In this document: in pieces, positions 9,299 to 19,736 of the stretch
Layout: each line of letters begins with the position of its first letter
Numbering within the stretch: position 1 is the first letter of the stretch
Virus record (IMG/VR): IMGVR_UViG_3300036846_000061
Location: 1-52,418 of that record
Length of the DNA: 52,418 nt
Origin: a virus
Lineage: Duplodnaviria; Caudoviricetes
Reading direction: 5' to 3' (one strand)
Program-made: the position numbers and the translations under genes
The notes under the pieces: generated by a model
The model's database searches: none
What the model saw: only the letters and a program-made list of their open reading frames with translations
Told to the model about the DNA's origin: nothing

Positions 9299-10128
9299 CC
9301 AGTCTAGTAGACTTCAGTAAGCCCGAACAAGGCATGGCGCTTACTGCTGATGTGCGCAGTAATTTTGAAATTATATTCAATGAGATTAGCGCGCTTCAAG
9401 ATGCAATGGCACTCATACCACCTCCCAATGATGGACTAACTCAAGACGATGCTGACCTACGTTACTTGCAACTAACTGGCGGAATTGTAAATGGCACATT
9501 ACAAATAAATAGTCAGGGCGGTCTTAGTGTTGGCCCTGATACTATGAATACATTTAATCTTTATCCAGGATATGATCCTGCAACTAATCCAGCAGTATTA
9601 ATGGTGATGGGAGCGGCTGGCTTTTTAATTATGGTTTCTGGTCCTATAGCTGTAACTCACGATCCTGTTGGACCTATGGAGATAGCGACTAAACAATATG
9701 TAGATAACAATGCTGGACTGCCTTTAACTGGTGGCATACTTACTGGTCCTCTAACTATAAATTCTGATACTGATCCTACTCTATATCTGTCGAGCACAGG
9801 AGCCTGGCCAGGAGTAGTGTTAGATTGTGTCGCTGGACAAGGTGCTTATTTTTATGCATCTATAAATGGTCTGGCTCGTTGGAATATAAATTGGATCGGT
9901 GCTGGCGCTGAGACCGGTGCAAATGCCGGATCAGATATGAATATTAGTCGTTATGCCGATGATGGCTCGTTAATTGATATTCTATTTACAATTACTAGAG
10001 CAACGGGATTGATTACTATACTTGCTGATCCCATTGATCCTCTTGGAATTGCAACAAAACAATATGTAGATAATGCAGTGTTACCACTACTAACCAAGAT
10101 TGCCGAACTAGAAGCAAGGCTTCACTGA
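9295..10128 (+). CDS. Fibre-like protein located in the neck region
   Basis: YLQLTGG and DP..P..IATKQYVD repeats shared with the spike and tail fibres. Confidence 0.7.
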   Translation: MTSLVDFSKPEQGMALTADVRSNFEIIFNEISALQDAMALIPPPNDGLTQDDADLRYLQLTGGIVNGTLQINSQGGLSVGPDTMNTFNLYPGYDPATNPAVLMVMGAAGFLIMVSGPIAVTHDPVGPMEIATKQYVDNNAGLPLTGGILTGPLTINSDTDPTLYLSSTGAWPGVVLDCVAGQGAYFYASINGLARWNINWIGAGAETGANAGSDMNISRYADDGSLIDILFTITRATGLITILADPIDPLGIATKQYVDNAVLPLLTKIAELEARLH

Positions 10129-10145
10129 TAACCAAGGAGTAACAA

Positions 10146-11318
10146 ATGGCTAATATTGATCGTATCGTCCAAGTATCTATCCAGTTGCGAACTGCTGGTA
10201 TCACTCAAGCAACGTTTAGTGATTTGCTCTTGTATGGAACCTTTACACAACCTGCTGGTGATACGGCTGTTGTGTATATTATTACTGATCCTGATGAGCT
10301 TTTGGATACATATGGTTGCGCAGCAACTGATGCTATCTATCAGGCAGCATTGGTATTTTTTAGTCAGATACCGCATCCTCCGCAACTCTATATTGGTTTC
10401 GATGCAGGATCGCCGAATATTGATGATGATCTTATGGCCATCAATGAAGAGAATAGTGATTGGTGGGCATTGTGTGATACTAAGCACGATGAGAATAGGG
10501 CACTTGATATTGGTAAATGGATTGAAGGGCACGAGAAGCTTTTCATTACTTGTTTGAGCGATCCTGATAATTCATCCGCAGCAGCTTCAGATACTACATC
10601 CGTTGCTCATCAACTTCAGCAACAGCAACTCTTTAGAACTGCTTGGTGGTTCGATCCTAATGTTGCGAACTTTCCTGATGTAGCTATCGCGTCCAAGAGC
10701 TTCACAAAATATCCTGGCCAGGAGACTTGGGCTAATCAGCGTTTGAGCAATGTAGCCTATAATTATATTTCTGAAACTGTTTTCAATAACCTCTATGCTA
10801 AGAATGGTAATACATTTGAGCCGTTCCGCAATATTGCCATTACTCAAAATGGTAAAGTTGCTGGTGGAGAATGGATTGATGTTATCAGGTTCCGTGATTG
10901 GTTGTGTGAAGAAATTAAGACACGTATCTTCCTGCAGCTTGTGGATAATCGTATTCCATATACTGATCCGGGCATTGCCATTATTAGAACCAGACTACAA
11001 CAAGCTCTTGACTTTGGTGTAACGCGAGGTGGTATTGCTCCGCCAGAGGTTAATGTAGATGGTGATCTGGTTCCTAGCTATACCATTGATGTTCCGCTCT
11101 CCCAGTCCGTTTCTGTCAATGATAAAGCTAATCGTATTCTGCGCGATGTATACTTTACAGCACGACTGGCAGGAGCCATTCATGTAGTAGAGATACAAGG
11201 TGTATTGACTTACGAAGCCTTGCCTGTAGCTACCCCCACTAGTGCAGTAAATGTGGCGATGGTAGCTGAACAGAATAGACGTGCTCTTATGGCCTCTCGC
11301 ACTAATGTTCGTGTATAA
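10146..11318 (+). CDS. Tail sheath protein (DUF3383-like)
   Basis: MANIDRIVQVSI, PGQETWAN, GEWIDVIRFRDWL, IPYTDPGI, LAGAIH motifs. Confidence 0.9.
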   Translation: MANIDRIVQVSIQLRTAGITQATFSDLLLYGTFTQPAGDTAVVYIITDPDELLDTYGCAATDAIYQAALVFFSQIPHPPQLYIGFDAGSPNIDDDLMAINEENSDWWALCDTKHDENRALDIGKWIEGHEKLFITCLSDPDNSSAAASDTTSVAHQLQQQQLFRTAWWFDPNVANFPDVAIASKSFTKYPGQETWANQRLSNVAYNYISETVFNNLYAKNGNTFEPFRNIAITQNGKVAGGEWIDVIRFRDWLCEEIKTRIFLQLVDNRIPYTDPGIAIIRTRLQQALDFGVTRGGIAPPEVNVDGDLVPSYTIDVPLSQSVSVNDKANRILRDVYFTARLAGAIHVVEIQGVLTYEALPVATPTSAVNVAMVAEQNRRALMASRTNVRV

Positions 11319-11330
11319 GGAGTAACATAG

Positions 11331-11771
11331 ATGGCGATGCGTTCATACAACTCTGCTAAAGTTGTAGTGATCTTCAATGGTTTCCAACTCTCTGGCTTTG
11401 CTGACGGCACCTTCGTAGGTATTGTGATGCAGAATGATGGCATCACCACTCAAGTGGGCGCTGATGGTGAAATTGCTAGGGCTGTTAATACTGATCGTCG
11501 CTGCACTGTCACGGTTACTCTTCAACAGACCTCGCCAGCAAACGACTTTCTTTCTACTATGTTTAGTGTTGATGTTCTTACTTGCGGTGGCAGAGTTGGC
11601 CCGATACTAGTTCAAGATCTTTGTGGCACCACATTGTTCGCTGCTTCCGAGGCTTGGATTGTTAAGCCTGCCGATGCCGAGTTTGGTAAAGAGATTACAA
11701 CTAGGGCGTGGGCTATTCATACCGGCGCACCAGGAACCTATAACATTGGCGGTAATGTTCTGAATTCATAA
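11331..11771 (+). CDS. Tail tube protein (DUF3277-like)
   Basis: Follows sheath; GFADG, VGADG, TLQQTSPANDFL motifs. Confidence 0.85.
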   Translation: MAMRSYNSAKVVVIFNGFQLSGFADGTFVGIVMQNDGITTQVGADGEIARAVNTDRRCTVTVTLQQTSPANDFLSTMFSVDVLTCGGRVGPILVQDLCGTTLFAASEAWIVKPADAEFGKEITTRAWAIHTGAPGTYNIGGNVLNS

Positions 11772-11780
11772 GGGGATATT

Positions 11781-12224
11781 ATGGCTCCGTCTCGCCACGA
11801 GTTCATATTGGACAATGGCAATAAGTTTTACATACGAAGATATGATGCCTTTCTATCATTGAGAATATTGGGAGATATCCAGAAACGATTTCTGGCCCCA
11901 TTTGTTCAAATGATAGAAACTAGAGGCGAACAAAGTAATGGAGAGGATCATTTTGGCCAAGCAGTAGATAAGCTATCACGCAATTTGGAAGGTGATAGTT
12001 TAGTTGATCTTGTAAAGAAAGTATTGCATCCAGACTATGTTACAGTAGCAATTGAAGGTGAGGAGCCAGAGAAGTTTGATGAAGGTATGTTGAATAGAGC
12101 TATTGGTGATGTTTCAGATGTTGTAGCTCTAGTGGTGGAGGTTTTGAAGTATAACTATACTGACCTTTTTACGCGAGGCAGAACCCTTATTGGACAGGCC
12201 CGAGAGAATATGGTAGTCCATTAG
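11781..12224 (+). CDS. Tail assembly chaperone
   Basis: Position between tube and tape measure genes. Confidence 0.75.
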   Translation: MAPSRHEFILDNGNKFYIRRYDAFLSLRILGDIQKRFLAPFVQMIETRGEQSNGEDHFGQAVDKLSRNLEGDSLVDLVKKVLHPDYVTVAIEGEEPEKFDEGMLNRAIGDVSDVVALVVEVLKYNYTDLFTRGRTLIGQARENMVVH

Positions 12225-12409
12225 GCATTCTGCGAGATGATTTCGCTGAAGAACTATTAATCTGGAGACCTATAATGGATGGAATAGTAACATTAGCTGA
12301 AGTGAAATCTGGGGATGTCGATGTGATAGACTTAATGAAATTGAATGCTCTATTGGATATGCGGGCAGCGTTAGAACAACGCGCTGCTCAACCACCGCCA
12401 GGAGCATAA
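12164..12409 (+). CDS. -1 frame extension of the tail chaperone (G/GT-type frameshift product)
   Basis: Frame opens right at CCTTTTT (12164-12170) and reads ...EELLIWRPIMDGIVTLAEVKSGDVDVIDLMKLNALLDMR... to TAA 12407-12409. Confidence 0.65.
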   Translation, partial: PFYARQNPYWTGPREYGSPLGILRDDFAEELLIWRPIMDGIVTLAEVKSGDVDVIDLMKLNALLDMRAALEQRAAQPPPGA

Positions 12410-12413
12410 GCAG

Positions 12414-14447
12414 TTGGCTGTTGTTCGTGAACTCATTACTATACTTGGAACTGAATTTGATCCGAAAGGTGTCCAAGAATATGAACGTGGTATTGGTAGA
12501 ATAAAGGATATTGCTCTTGAAGCTGCTGGCGCTATTGGTATTGTATTCTCAGTAGAAAAGATTGGCGAATTTATTGATGGGCTCCTAGAGAGCGGAAATG
12601 AAATCAAAAAGATTAGAGCACAAATAGAAAATGTTGCTCGGCCATTAGATGATGTCAATGCTGCGATGGATCGCACATTTGATATAGCTCAAAATATAGG
12701 AATAGCATATACAGGAGTAGCAGATACATTCAGAGATTTACTGCAATCTTCTAAAGATGCAAAAGTATCTCAGGAAGAATTGTTAGATGCTACTGAGAAT
12801 ATCTATAAAGCATTGAAGGTAGACAGGGCATCACAAGAACAAACTGACCGTCTATTTGCTATTATAAATCGTATTGATGTAATCGGTAAAGCCAGTCCAC
12901 GTATGATTGGTATGTTACAGAATACATCTATCTCATCAATGAGATTACTGGAGAGTTACTTTCATACAAATGAAGAAGGATTGAGAGCATTAGCTAAAAC
13001 AGGCAAGATTACTTTCGATGAATTTGTAAAAGCTATGGGGACTATGACCCCAGAGCTTCAAGAAAAATTTGGCAAGATACCGTGGACTATTGGTCGAGCA
13101 TGGATTTATACTCGTAACCAAATGGTATTAGCTGCTGCTGAATTTCTTAAGGTAACAAGATTATCTATTATACTTGGAACTGTTCTTAAACGATTGACAG
13201 ATGTTATAGTCAATATGTTTAAGGCTTTCTTTAATGCTATTGGCGGATTAAAGAATGCTATTGAAGTATTAGGTATTGCTATGGCTCTAGTTCTTGGGCC
13301 GAGAATGCTAGCCTATCTTATAGATATGGTCGCTTGGATGTGGAAGTTTACTGCTGCCAATTGGGCTGCTGTAGCTCCATGGGTTGCTATGGCTGCGGCT
13401 GTAGCGGCAGTAGCTATTGCTATTCAAGATTTAGTATATTGGATACAAGGTAAGCCAAGTCTTATTGGAACTTGGGTTGGTTCGTTCAAGGATCTAAAAT
13501 CTAACTTTGCAAATCTAGATATATTTGCAGGCTTCCGTGTCTTTGATGATTTGATGAAAGGTGATTGGAAGAAAGCAATAGATGATTTAGGTATAGCATT
13601 AACAAATACGAAAGCAATTGTATTAGAATTATTGGTTACAATAGGATTGGTAGGCGCTGCATTTGTTGCTTGGAACCTGTTAAAGTTTAGTGGTATCATT
13701 AGTGCTGTTAGAGGACTCACTAATGTTATTCGTGGAGCTAAGACAGAAATTGAAGGTGTAGGAAAAGCTGCTGAAGACCTAGGCAAAACTAAAGGTGTTG
13801 TTCCTGTTAAGACACCAGGACAAGGTGAATTATCAGTAGGTGGTGCTGGCCCTAGAGTTCCAACTAAGTTTGGGGGTGCTGCTGAGGGTGGATTAGGATT
13901 TGGAATTGCATTTGACTATGCACAACGAGAGGCAGAAAAGCGTCCTGCAATAAAAGCAGCAGAAGATAAACTAGCTGCGGATGCCGATGCTTGGTTACTT
14001 AAACATACTAGATATTTGAAATCGGGCTTAGGCAGAGCGGGTGAATATATTTGGGGTCCAGATAAGCCCAAGGAACAATATGGCCCGCCAGAAGTATATG
14101 GCCCGCCAAATCCAAGAATAGGTTTAGGAGCATCTATTGATCCTAAGACTGGCCGCTTCGGAACTCCTGGCGGAGGTGGCTTAGGCAGAGTTAAGTTTTC
14201 TGATTGGGATAAACCAGTTACTGCCATCTCGCCAGGAGCGATGGGAAAGCCTGTAGCTACTACCAATAATGATAATAAACAAATAACGTTCAATCAATCT
14301 AACTCGGTGAATGTGCAAGTCCAAGACGATGCTGGGCTCGCCAGTAGAATAGCGACATCCATTGGAAACTATGCTGGGGAGATGTTCAGTGGCATCGCAA
14401 GAGACTTGGGCAGGTCTAGTCCACGAACAGAAGCCGCAACTCAGTAG
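12414..14447 (+). CDS. Tape measure protein
   Basis: 677 aa, helical and Ala-rich with hydrophobic segments; canonical position. Confidence 0.88.
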   Translation: MAVVRELITILGTEFDPKGVQEYERGIGRIKDIALEAAGAIGIVFSVEKIGEFIDGLLESGNEIKKIRAQIENVARPLDDVNAAMDRTFDIAQNIGIAYTGVADTFRDLLQSSKDAKVSQEELLDATENIYKALKVDRASQEQTDRLFAIINRIDVIGKASPRMIGMLQNTSISSMRLLESYFHTNEEGLRALAKTGKITFDEFVKAMGTMTPELQEKFGKIPWTIGRAWIYTRNQMVLAAAEFLKVTRLSIILGTVLKRLTDVIVNMFKAFFNAIGGLKNAIEVLGIAMALVLGPRMLAYLIDMVAWMWKFTAANWAAVAPWVAMAAAVAAVAIAIQDLVYWIQGKPSLIGTWVGSFKDLKSNFANLDIFAGFRVFDDLMKGDWKKAIDDLGIALTNTKAIVLELLVTIGLVGAAFVAWNLLKFSGIISAVRGLTNVIRGAKTEIEGVGKAAEDLGKTKGVVPVKTPGQGELSVGGAGPRVPTKFGGAAEGGLGFGIAFDYAQREAEKRPAIKAAEDKLAADADAWLLKHTRYLKSGLGRAGEYIWGPDKPKEQYGPPEVYGPPNPRIGLGASIDPKTGRFGTPGGGGLGRVKFSDWDKPVTAISPGAMGKPVATTNNDNKQITFNQSNSVNVQVQDDAGLASRIATSIGNYAGEMFSGIARDLGRSSPRTEAATQ

Positions 14448-14533
14448 ATATTGTATAAGACATGGCATATCATATTCATCTACTAATTGTCCTCAGTGTA
14501 TACTCAATAAAACTACAATATGTGAGTTTATAA

Positions 14534-15154
14534 ATGGCTCTGTTTGGAGTGTTTCAAGCCCAACAGCAAAGTTACCTCGCGTATCTAGCACTAGACGTGC
14601 TCGTTACTGAGTCTGTCACTTTACCTAGTGATGTAACCAAGTATCCTATTGAAGATGGTGGTGGAGACTTTACTGATCATATAACCGCGCATAATGAAGA
14701 ACTTAAGATCAGCGGAGCTATATCATCAGCCACTAGTTTCGGAATGGAGTTTGGTCCGCTTTGTTATTCTAAATTGATCGATGCAGTAGAACAACTAAGG
14801 AAGATGCATAAGGAAAGGAAGACAGTAACAATAACAACTGGTCTTGGCCAATATGAAGATATGGCATTCACTGATCTTACTATAGAAAGATCAAACAATG
14901 CTACTACTGGCGGTCAATGGCTAACTATAAATGCTGGTCTACGTAAGATCATAAAGGTAACACTCAAGACTGCTGATCTACCACCAGAACAAAATGCTGC
15001 GTCTAGTGCAAAAGGTAAGATGGGAAAGACAAATCAGAAAGTGAGTAAGTCTACTGACACTACAACTCCTGGCGGGAGCTTAGCTTTGAATGGTGCTGAA
15101 AATTTGAAGGCTAAGACTGGCGTTAATGTTATCGGACCACAAAGTGGAATTTGA
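14534..15154 (+). CDS. Baseplate/tube initiator (Dit-like)
   Basis: LDVLVTE, VTKYPIEDG, TDH, YEDM motifs after the tape measure gene. Confidence 0.75.
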   Translation: MALFGVFQAQQQSYLAYLALDVLVTESVTLPSDVTKYPIEDGGGDFTDHITAHNEELKISGAISSATSFGMEFGPLCYSKLIDAVEQLRKMHKERKTVTITTGLGQYEDMAFTDLTIERSNNATTGGQWLTINAGLRKIIKVTLKTADLPPEQNAASSAKGKMGKTNQKVSKSTDTTTPGGSLALNGAENLKAKTGVNVIGPQSGI

Positions 15155-15155
15155 T

Positions 15156-15527
15156 ATGTTTGTTATTCCAGTTCAAGACTTGAATAGTCAATCTCTAGAA
15201 GTAGAACTAGATGGATTGATCTTTTATATTATTCTGAACTGGAATGATAGCGGACAATATTGGCATATGAGTATTCGCAACTCTACATTCGATCATCTAG
15301 TAGATGGCATATCAGTATCTGCTAACTATCCTTTGACTTGGCAATATAGATACTCCGATATGCCGCCAGGAGAATTGCAAGTGTTGACTGAATATTATAG
15401 AAGTGGACCTGTGCCTAGAGATGGTTTCAGCAGCGGACAATATCAATTAGTTTATCAAGAGTATGCTGATCTAGTTGCGCTTAATGTAATGCCTGAGTAT
15501 GGGGAGACTTCGCCAATTGTTATATGA
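15156..15527 (+). CDS. Baseplate plug-type protein
   Basis: Q.LEVELDG...LNWND...W.MSI pattern and position. Confidence 0.65.
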   Translation: MFVIPVQDLNSQSLEVELDGLIFYIILNWNDSGQYWHMSIRNSTFDHLVDGISVSANYPLTWQYRYSDMPPGELQVLTEYYRSGPVPRDGFSSGQYQLVYQEYADLVALNVMPEYGETSPIVI

Positions 15528-16512
15528 TAGAACATATCGTTTGTTAGTTGGAAAGAAAGGTGAGACTCAAGGTATAGAGATCACAGACTCATTGCGTATT
15601 CAATTTGATATTGAAAAGACTGCTAAGAAAAATCCTAATAAGAGCACAATCAAAGTATATAATTTGAAGAAAGAAACAAGAGCAGAATTTGAAAAACCAG
15701 ATACTAGAGTTGTTTTATATGCTGGATATAAAGATGAAGCCGGAGCAATATTGATCTTTCAAGGTAATGTAAGTTATGCATGGTCAAAGAAAGATGGACC
15801 GGATATCATTACGGAATTTGAACTTGGAGATGGTGCTCAAGAAATCCGTGATACGACAGTATCAGTTGGTTACGGCAAAGGTATTAAATCAACTCAAGTT
15901 CTCAATGATGTCTCCAAACAGATGGGGTTGCCGTTAACATTACCCAATGACGCTCCCACTAGAGTATGGAATAATGGCCTATCATTTCATGGACCTGCTA
16001 GAACTTTGCTAGACAAAGTTACTAAAGGAACTGGATTGGAATGGTCTATACAGAATGGAAACTTGCAAGTAATAGAACATGGAATGGTAACAACTAGACA
16101 AGGAGTATTGATTGCTCAAGATAGCGGAATGATAGGTTCTCCTGAAAGGGAGCGATTGGCCAAAGCTCATACTCATGCTAAAGGAACAGGCAAGACTGTT
16201 GGTCAACCTATTATAGAGCCTGATTATGATGGCTGGAAAGTAAAGTCTTTGCTTATGCCTATGCTTAGTCCTGGTGACCGAATTAAGTTAGAGGCAATGT
16301 TTGTAAATGGGGTGTATAGAATAGAACAAATAAAACACAATGGAGATAGCGATGCTTCTGGCGATTGGCAATCAGAGTTAAGAGTTGTTGATCCTAGGAA
16401 ACCAATTAAAGATACTGCTTCTAAAGCAACTACCCAGAGAGGAACAATAAGCGATAACAGCGATGAGTTTGATATGGTAGATGAAGGAGTATTGCTCTAT
16501 GCTGCGGCTTGA
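15499..16512 (+). CDS. Baseplate hub protein
   Basis: [32 protein letters not shown] motifs. Confidence 0.8.
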   Translation: MGRLRQLLYDRTYRLLVGKKGETQGIEITDSLRIQFDIEKTAKKNPNKSTIKVYNLKKETRAEFEKPDTRVVLYAGYKDEAGAILIFQGNVSYAWSKKDGPDIITEFELGDGAQEIRDTTVSVGYGKGIKSTQVLNDVSKQMGLPLTLPNDAPTRVWNNGLSFHGPARTLLDKVTKGTGLEWSIQNGNLQVIEHGMVTTRQGVLIAQDSGMIGSPERERLAKAHTHAKGTGKTVGQPIIEPDYDGWKVKSLLMPMLSPGDRIKLEAMFVNGVYRIEQIKHNGDSDASGDWQSELRVVDPRKPIKDTASKATTQRGTISDNSDEFDMVDEGVLLYAAA

Positions 16513-18730
16513 TTTAACAGAACTAATTGAGCAGCAAGTAGAGGTTCAACTTGGCAATACTCTAAACACGAGTATGCCTGCCAAGATCATTAGTTATAAT
16601 GCAGCAACAAATCGTGCTGTTGTAAAGCCTGTTTTGCCTAAGCGCCTAGCAAGTGAAGAGCCATTAGACTCACCACAAATTGTAGAAGTTCCAGTTGTAT
16701 TCCCTGCTTCTGGTGGTGGTAAAGCAAGTATGACTTTTCCACTTAAGCCAGGTGATGGAGTTATGCTATCTGTACAACAACGATCATTAGAAGGATGGTT
16801 GGACGGCAGAGAAACAATGCCGGATGATCCTCGGCAATTTGATCTTTCTGATAGTGTAGCCATCGCTGGTTGTCAGCCTTCTGGCATTGTGGGCGATCCT
16901 GACCACGTTGTTTTAAAATTTGATAAATGTACTGTTACTCTAACAAATGATAATAGTGTAGTAGTAGCAACGGAGAAGGCCAATATACTTGTAGACAAAG
17001 ATGGCAATATAACTCAGACAGCACAACAAGCTTATACTGTTACATCTAATGCGATTACTTTGGGCGGTCCGATGGGGGATCGCGCTGCGCCTCCAGGCAA
17101 TATACAAATTAACTCGCATCTAAACTTATCACAGCATCCTATAAATCCATGGGAAGCAACTCCAAAATCTTATGTTGATAGTATAGCTGGAAGTGGATTG
17201 CCAGGACCACCTGGACCGCAGGGCCCAGAGGGACCGCAAGGTGAAGTAGGTCCACCAGGGCCGACTGGCCCGCCAGGAGCAGATAGTACAGTTCCAGGAC
17301 CGCAAGGACCACAGGGTAATACTGGACCTGTTGGACCTAAAGGTGATACTGGACAACAAGGCCCAACTGGTAATACTGGACCGGAAGGCCCACAAGGACC
17401 AATAGGTGATACTGGTCCGCAAGGTCCACAAGGCATACAAGGTATACAAGGGGAAACTGGCGCTGATTCTACTGTTCCGGGTCCGGTTGGACCGCAAGGA
17501 CCAATAGGTGATACCGGACCACAAGGGCCACAAGGCCCACAAGGAGATACTGGGCCTCAAGGCCCACAAGGTATAATTAATGAAGCTCCAACAGATGGAC
17601 AGGCATATGGTAGAGACAATGCTGATTGGACACCAGTATTAAAACTAATTGGTGGGCAATTAAACGGTGCATTAACTATTGGCACTAATACTTTGGCTTC
17701 ACCTCTTGTATTGAATGGTGATGTAGGACAAAATCGCACTATTTGGTTTAATACTGCTGGGTCCGCGCGTTGGGAGTTTTCTGCTAATTCTGCTCCTGAG
17801 AGTGGCGGTAATTTCGGTAGTGATTTTCAAATTGGTCGTTACGATGATAATGGTTCTGGCATTGGATATATATTTGGTATTACTCGTAATACTGGACAAG
17901 TTTGGGTTGGTAATGGATTAAGTATGGGCAATAGCGTGATGTCCTCGCCCACTGACTTATCCCATCATTTATCAATGTATAGTGATAGCTATGGCATCAA
18001 CGTTACAGACAACACTATAAACTTTGTTGCTGCTGGTTATCTTACTTTTAGTGTAAGTCCAAATTATGCTTCGGTCCCTGGCCGTTTACATATTGATGGT
18101 GGGCTTGATTTTGGTGCTAGAGTTGCATCTGGCCCGACTGATGTAACACAGCATATTGCATTGTTTGATACTTCATATGGATTTAGCATTACTGGCGGCA
18201 CCTTAAATATAGTCAATGGTGGCAATACTTCTTTTTATAGTTATGGAGTTAGAGATGCACATATTGACTCTAATGGTTTAACATTAGATCGAGGGAATGT
18301 TCTTCTGCTTGGTGATCCTGGATTGCCATTACAGGCCGCAACGAAACAATATGTTGATACTAATCTTGGTAAATATTTGCCATTAATTGGTGGCGACCTT
18401 ACTGGCAATCTAGATATTTATTCTGCTGGTTTAAGAGTTTGGAATGGAACAATTTATGTTCAAAATGATTATGATGCTTATGTGGATATACAGGGGCCTG
18501 CTGGTGAGTTCTATTTTGGTGTAGATGCTACTGGCTTTTATCTTTATTGCGGAACATATGCATTACGATTTTCATCTGCTGATTGGCAATGGACATATTT
18601 AGCTCCAGTTATATTGTGGGCTGATCCTGTATTACCAATGGAAGCTGTAACAAAACAATATGTCGATGCTCTTGCTGCTAGAGTTGCAGTATTAGAGAAT
18701 GCTCACTCGCAATGGGACGTAGGAGTATAA
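16499..18730 (+). CDS. Baseplate spike (Gp138/gpV-like N-terminus) fused to collagen repeats and fibre modules
   Basis: VPVVFP..G...TFPLKPGDG...R.FDLSD N-terminus, then Gly-X-Y run, then ATKQYVD modules; AAGGAG RBS before 16499. Confidence 0.82.
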   Translation: MLRLDLTELIEQQVEVQLGNTLNTSMPAKIISYNAATNRAVVKPVLPKRLASEEPLDSPQIVEVPVVFPASGGGKASMTFPLKPGDGVMLSVQQRSLEGWLDGRETMPDDPRQFDLSDSVAIAGCQPSGIVGDPDHVVLKFDKCTVTLTNDNSVVVATEKANILVDKDGNITQTAQQAYTVTSNAITLGGPMGDRAAPPGNIQINSHLNLSQHPINPWEATPKSYVDSIAGSGLPGPPGPQGPEGPQGEVGPPGPTGPPGADSTVPGPQGPQGNTGPVGPKGDTGQQGPTGNTGPEGPQGPIGDTGPQGPQGIQGIQGETGADSTVPGPVGPQGPIGDTGPQGPQGPQGDTGPQGPQGIINEAPTDGQAYGRDNADWTPVLKLIGGQLNGALTIGTNTLASPLVLNGDVGQNRTIWFNTAGSARWEFSANSAPESGGNFGSDFQIGRYDDNGSGIGYIFGITRNTGQVWVGNGLSMGNSVMSSPTDLSHHLSMYSDSYGINVTDNTINFVAAGYLTFSVSPNYASVPGRLHIDGGLDFGARVASGPTDVTQHIALFDTSYGFSITGGTLNIVNGGNTSFYSYGVRDAHIDSNGLTLDRGNVLLLGDPGLPLQAATKQYVDTNLGKYLPLIGGDLTGNLDIYSAGLRVWNGTIYVQNDYDAYVDIQGPAGEFYFGVDATGFYLYCGTYALRFSSADWQWTYLAPVILWADPVLPMEAVTKQYVDALAARVAVLENAHSQWDVGV
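17201..17572 (+). repeat. Collagen-like Gly-X-Y repeat region
   Basis: GPQGP repeats with a duplicated GADSTVPGP interruption. Confidence 0.9.
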
Positions 18731-18733
18731 CCA

Positions 18734-19057
18734 ATGAGCACTATACAAATCTCTAACCAGACGCCATTCGGTGGTATGACCAATCGAATGATTGCTAGTA
18801 TTCTTAGTAACAATACTTCTATGCTTAGACTTAAGGAAGCTATTGCTACTGCTAATGCTGGTTATGAGGGAACTCCTGGCGCGCAATTTGAAGACCCACA
18901 AGGTTTGTTTGGAGTCAAAGCGGACCCAACTGCGCCAGGAGTAAGAGGCACAGATTATGCTTATGCTATGGATAGTTTGTCTTCAGTATGGGCAACATTT
19001 TGGGAAGCCGCTCAACCGTTCCTTAAACAACTAGACAATGGTGCTATGTCAATGTGA
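18734..19057 (+). CDS. Hypothetical protein
   Basis: AGGAG RBS, 107 aa. Confidence 0.7.
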   Translation: MSTIQISNQTPFGGMTNRMIASILSNNTSMLRLKEAIATANAGYEGTPGAQFEDPQGLFGVKADPTAPGVRGTDYAYAMDSLSSVWATFWEAAQPFLKQLDNGAMSM

Positions 19058-19066
19058 GATGATGCT

Positions 19067-19141
19067 ATGACATTTCTACTGATAATGCTCATAGTATTAC
19101 TTTTGTTTTGGTGGTTGGTGGAATCAGTTAGTTTAAGGTGA
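19067..19141 (+). CDS. 24-aa single-TM peptide (MTFLLIMLIVLLLFWWLVESVSLR)
   Basis: Hand-translated; 5' end resembles the next ORF. Confidence 0.45.
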   Translation: MTFLLIMLIVLLLFWWLVESVSLR

Positions 19142-19149
19142 GGTAAACT

Positions 19150-19326
19150 ATGACTCTACTACTGATAATACTTGTTATCATATTCTTGTTCGGTGGAGGT
19201 TATGGTTACCGAACAGGATATGTTACTGCATATAATCCAATAGGGATTATATTGATCATTATAGTTTTGCTATTGCTATTTAGCTTATTGGGTGGACCTA
19301 GATTTGGTTGGTGGGGCTATTGGTAA
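19150..19326 (+). CDS. 58-aa two-TM membrane protein (DUF3309-like)
   Basis: MTLLLIILVIIFLFGGGYGYRTGY...IGIILIIIVLLLLFSLLGGPRFGWWGYW; GAGG RBS; TAATG overlap with the next gene. Confidence 0.7.
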   Translation: MTLLLIILVIIFLFGGGYGYRTGYVTAYNPIGIILIIIVLLLLFSLLGGPRFGWWGYW

Positions 19327-19736
19327 TGGCTAGTGATCTAGCATTGAATAGAGTAGATCACGATTTAGTGTGGCATGCTGTATCGGTCCCAGATGTAACA
19401 CAAGTTCAAAAGTATGAGATATGGCTTATAGATAGTGCAGATAAAGTAGCCCAACAAATCAAGATCAATCTATTATCGTTTCTTGGGGAGTGGTTCTTAG
19501 ATGATCGCTACGGAGTTCCATACCTGGAAGAAATACTCATTAAGAACCCTCGCATGTCAAGTGTTGAAACTATACTTAGGAATCATATTTCTTCTGTTCC
19601 TAACGTGCTTCGCATCACTAGCTTTGGTCTTGGTTGGGACCGCGCGTTGCGCACTCTTTCTGTGGAATTTGCCTGCGATACTGATTTGGGGCCCATCAAA
19701 GAAAGCGTAAAGTTGGAGGTGTTCCCTCGTGTCTGA
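19326..19736 (+). CDS. Baseplate wedge protein (gp25-like)
   Basis: VAQQIKINL..FLGEWFLD...GVPY motif. Confidence 0.8.
   Translation: MASDLALNRVDHDLVWHAVSVPDVTQVQKYEIWLIDSADKVAQQIKINLLSFLGEWFLDDRYGVPYLEEILIKNPRMSSVETILRNHISSVPNVLRITSFGLGWDRALRTLSVEFACDTDLGPIKESVKLEVFPRV

Noticed and set aside
17129-17569. Minus-strand ORFs over the collagen region and similar antisense ORFs elsewhere
   Set aside because: Shadows of repetitive or codon-biased sense genes, with no RBS or motifs
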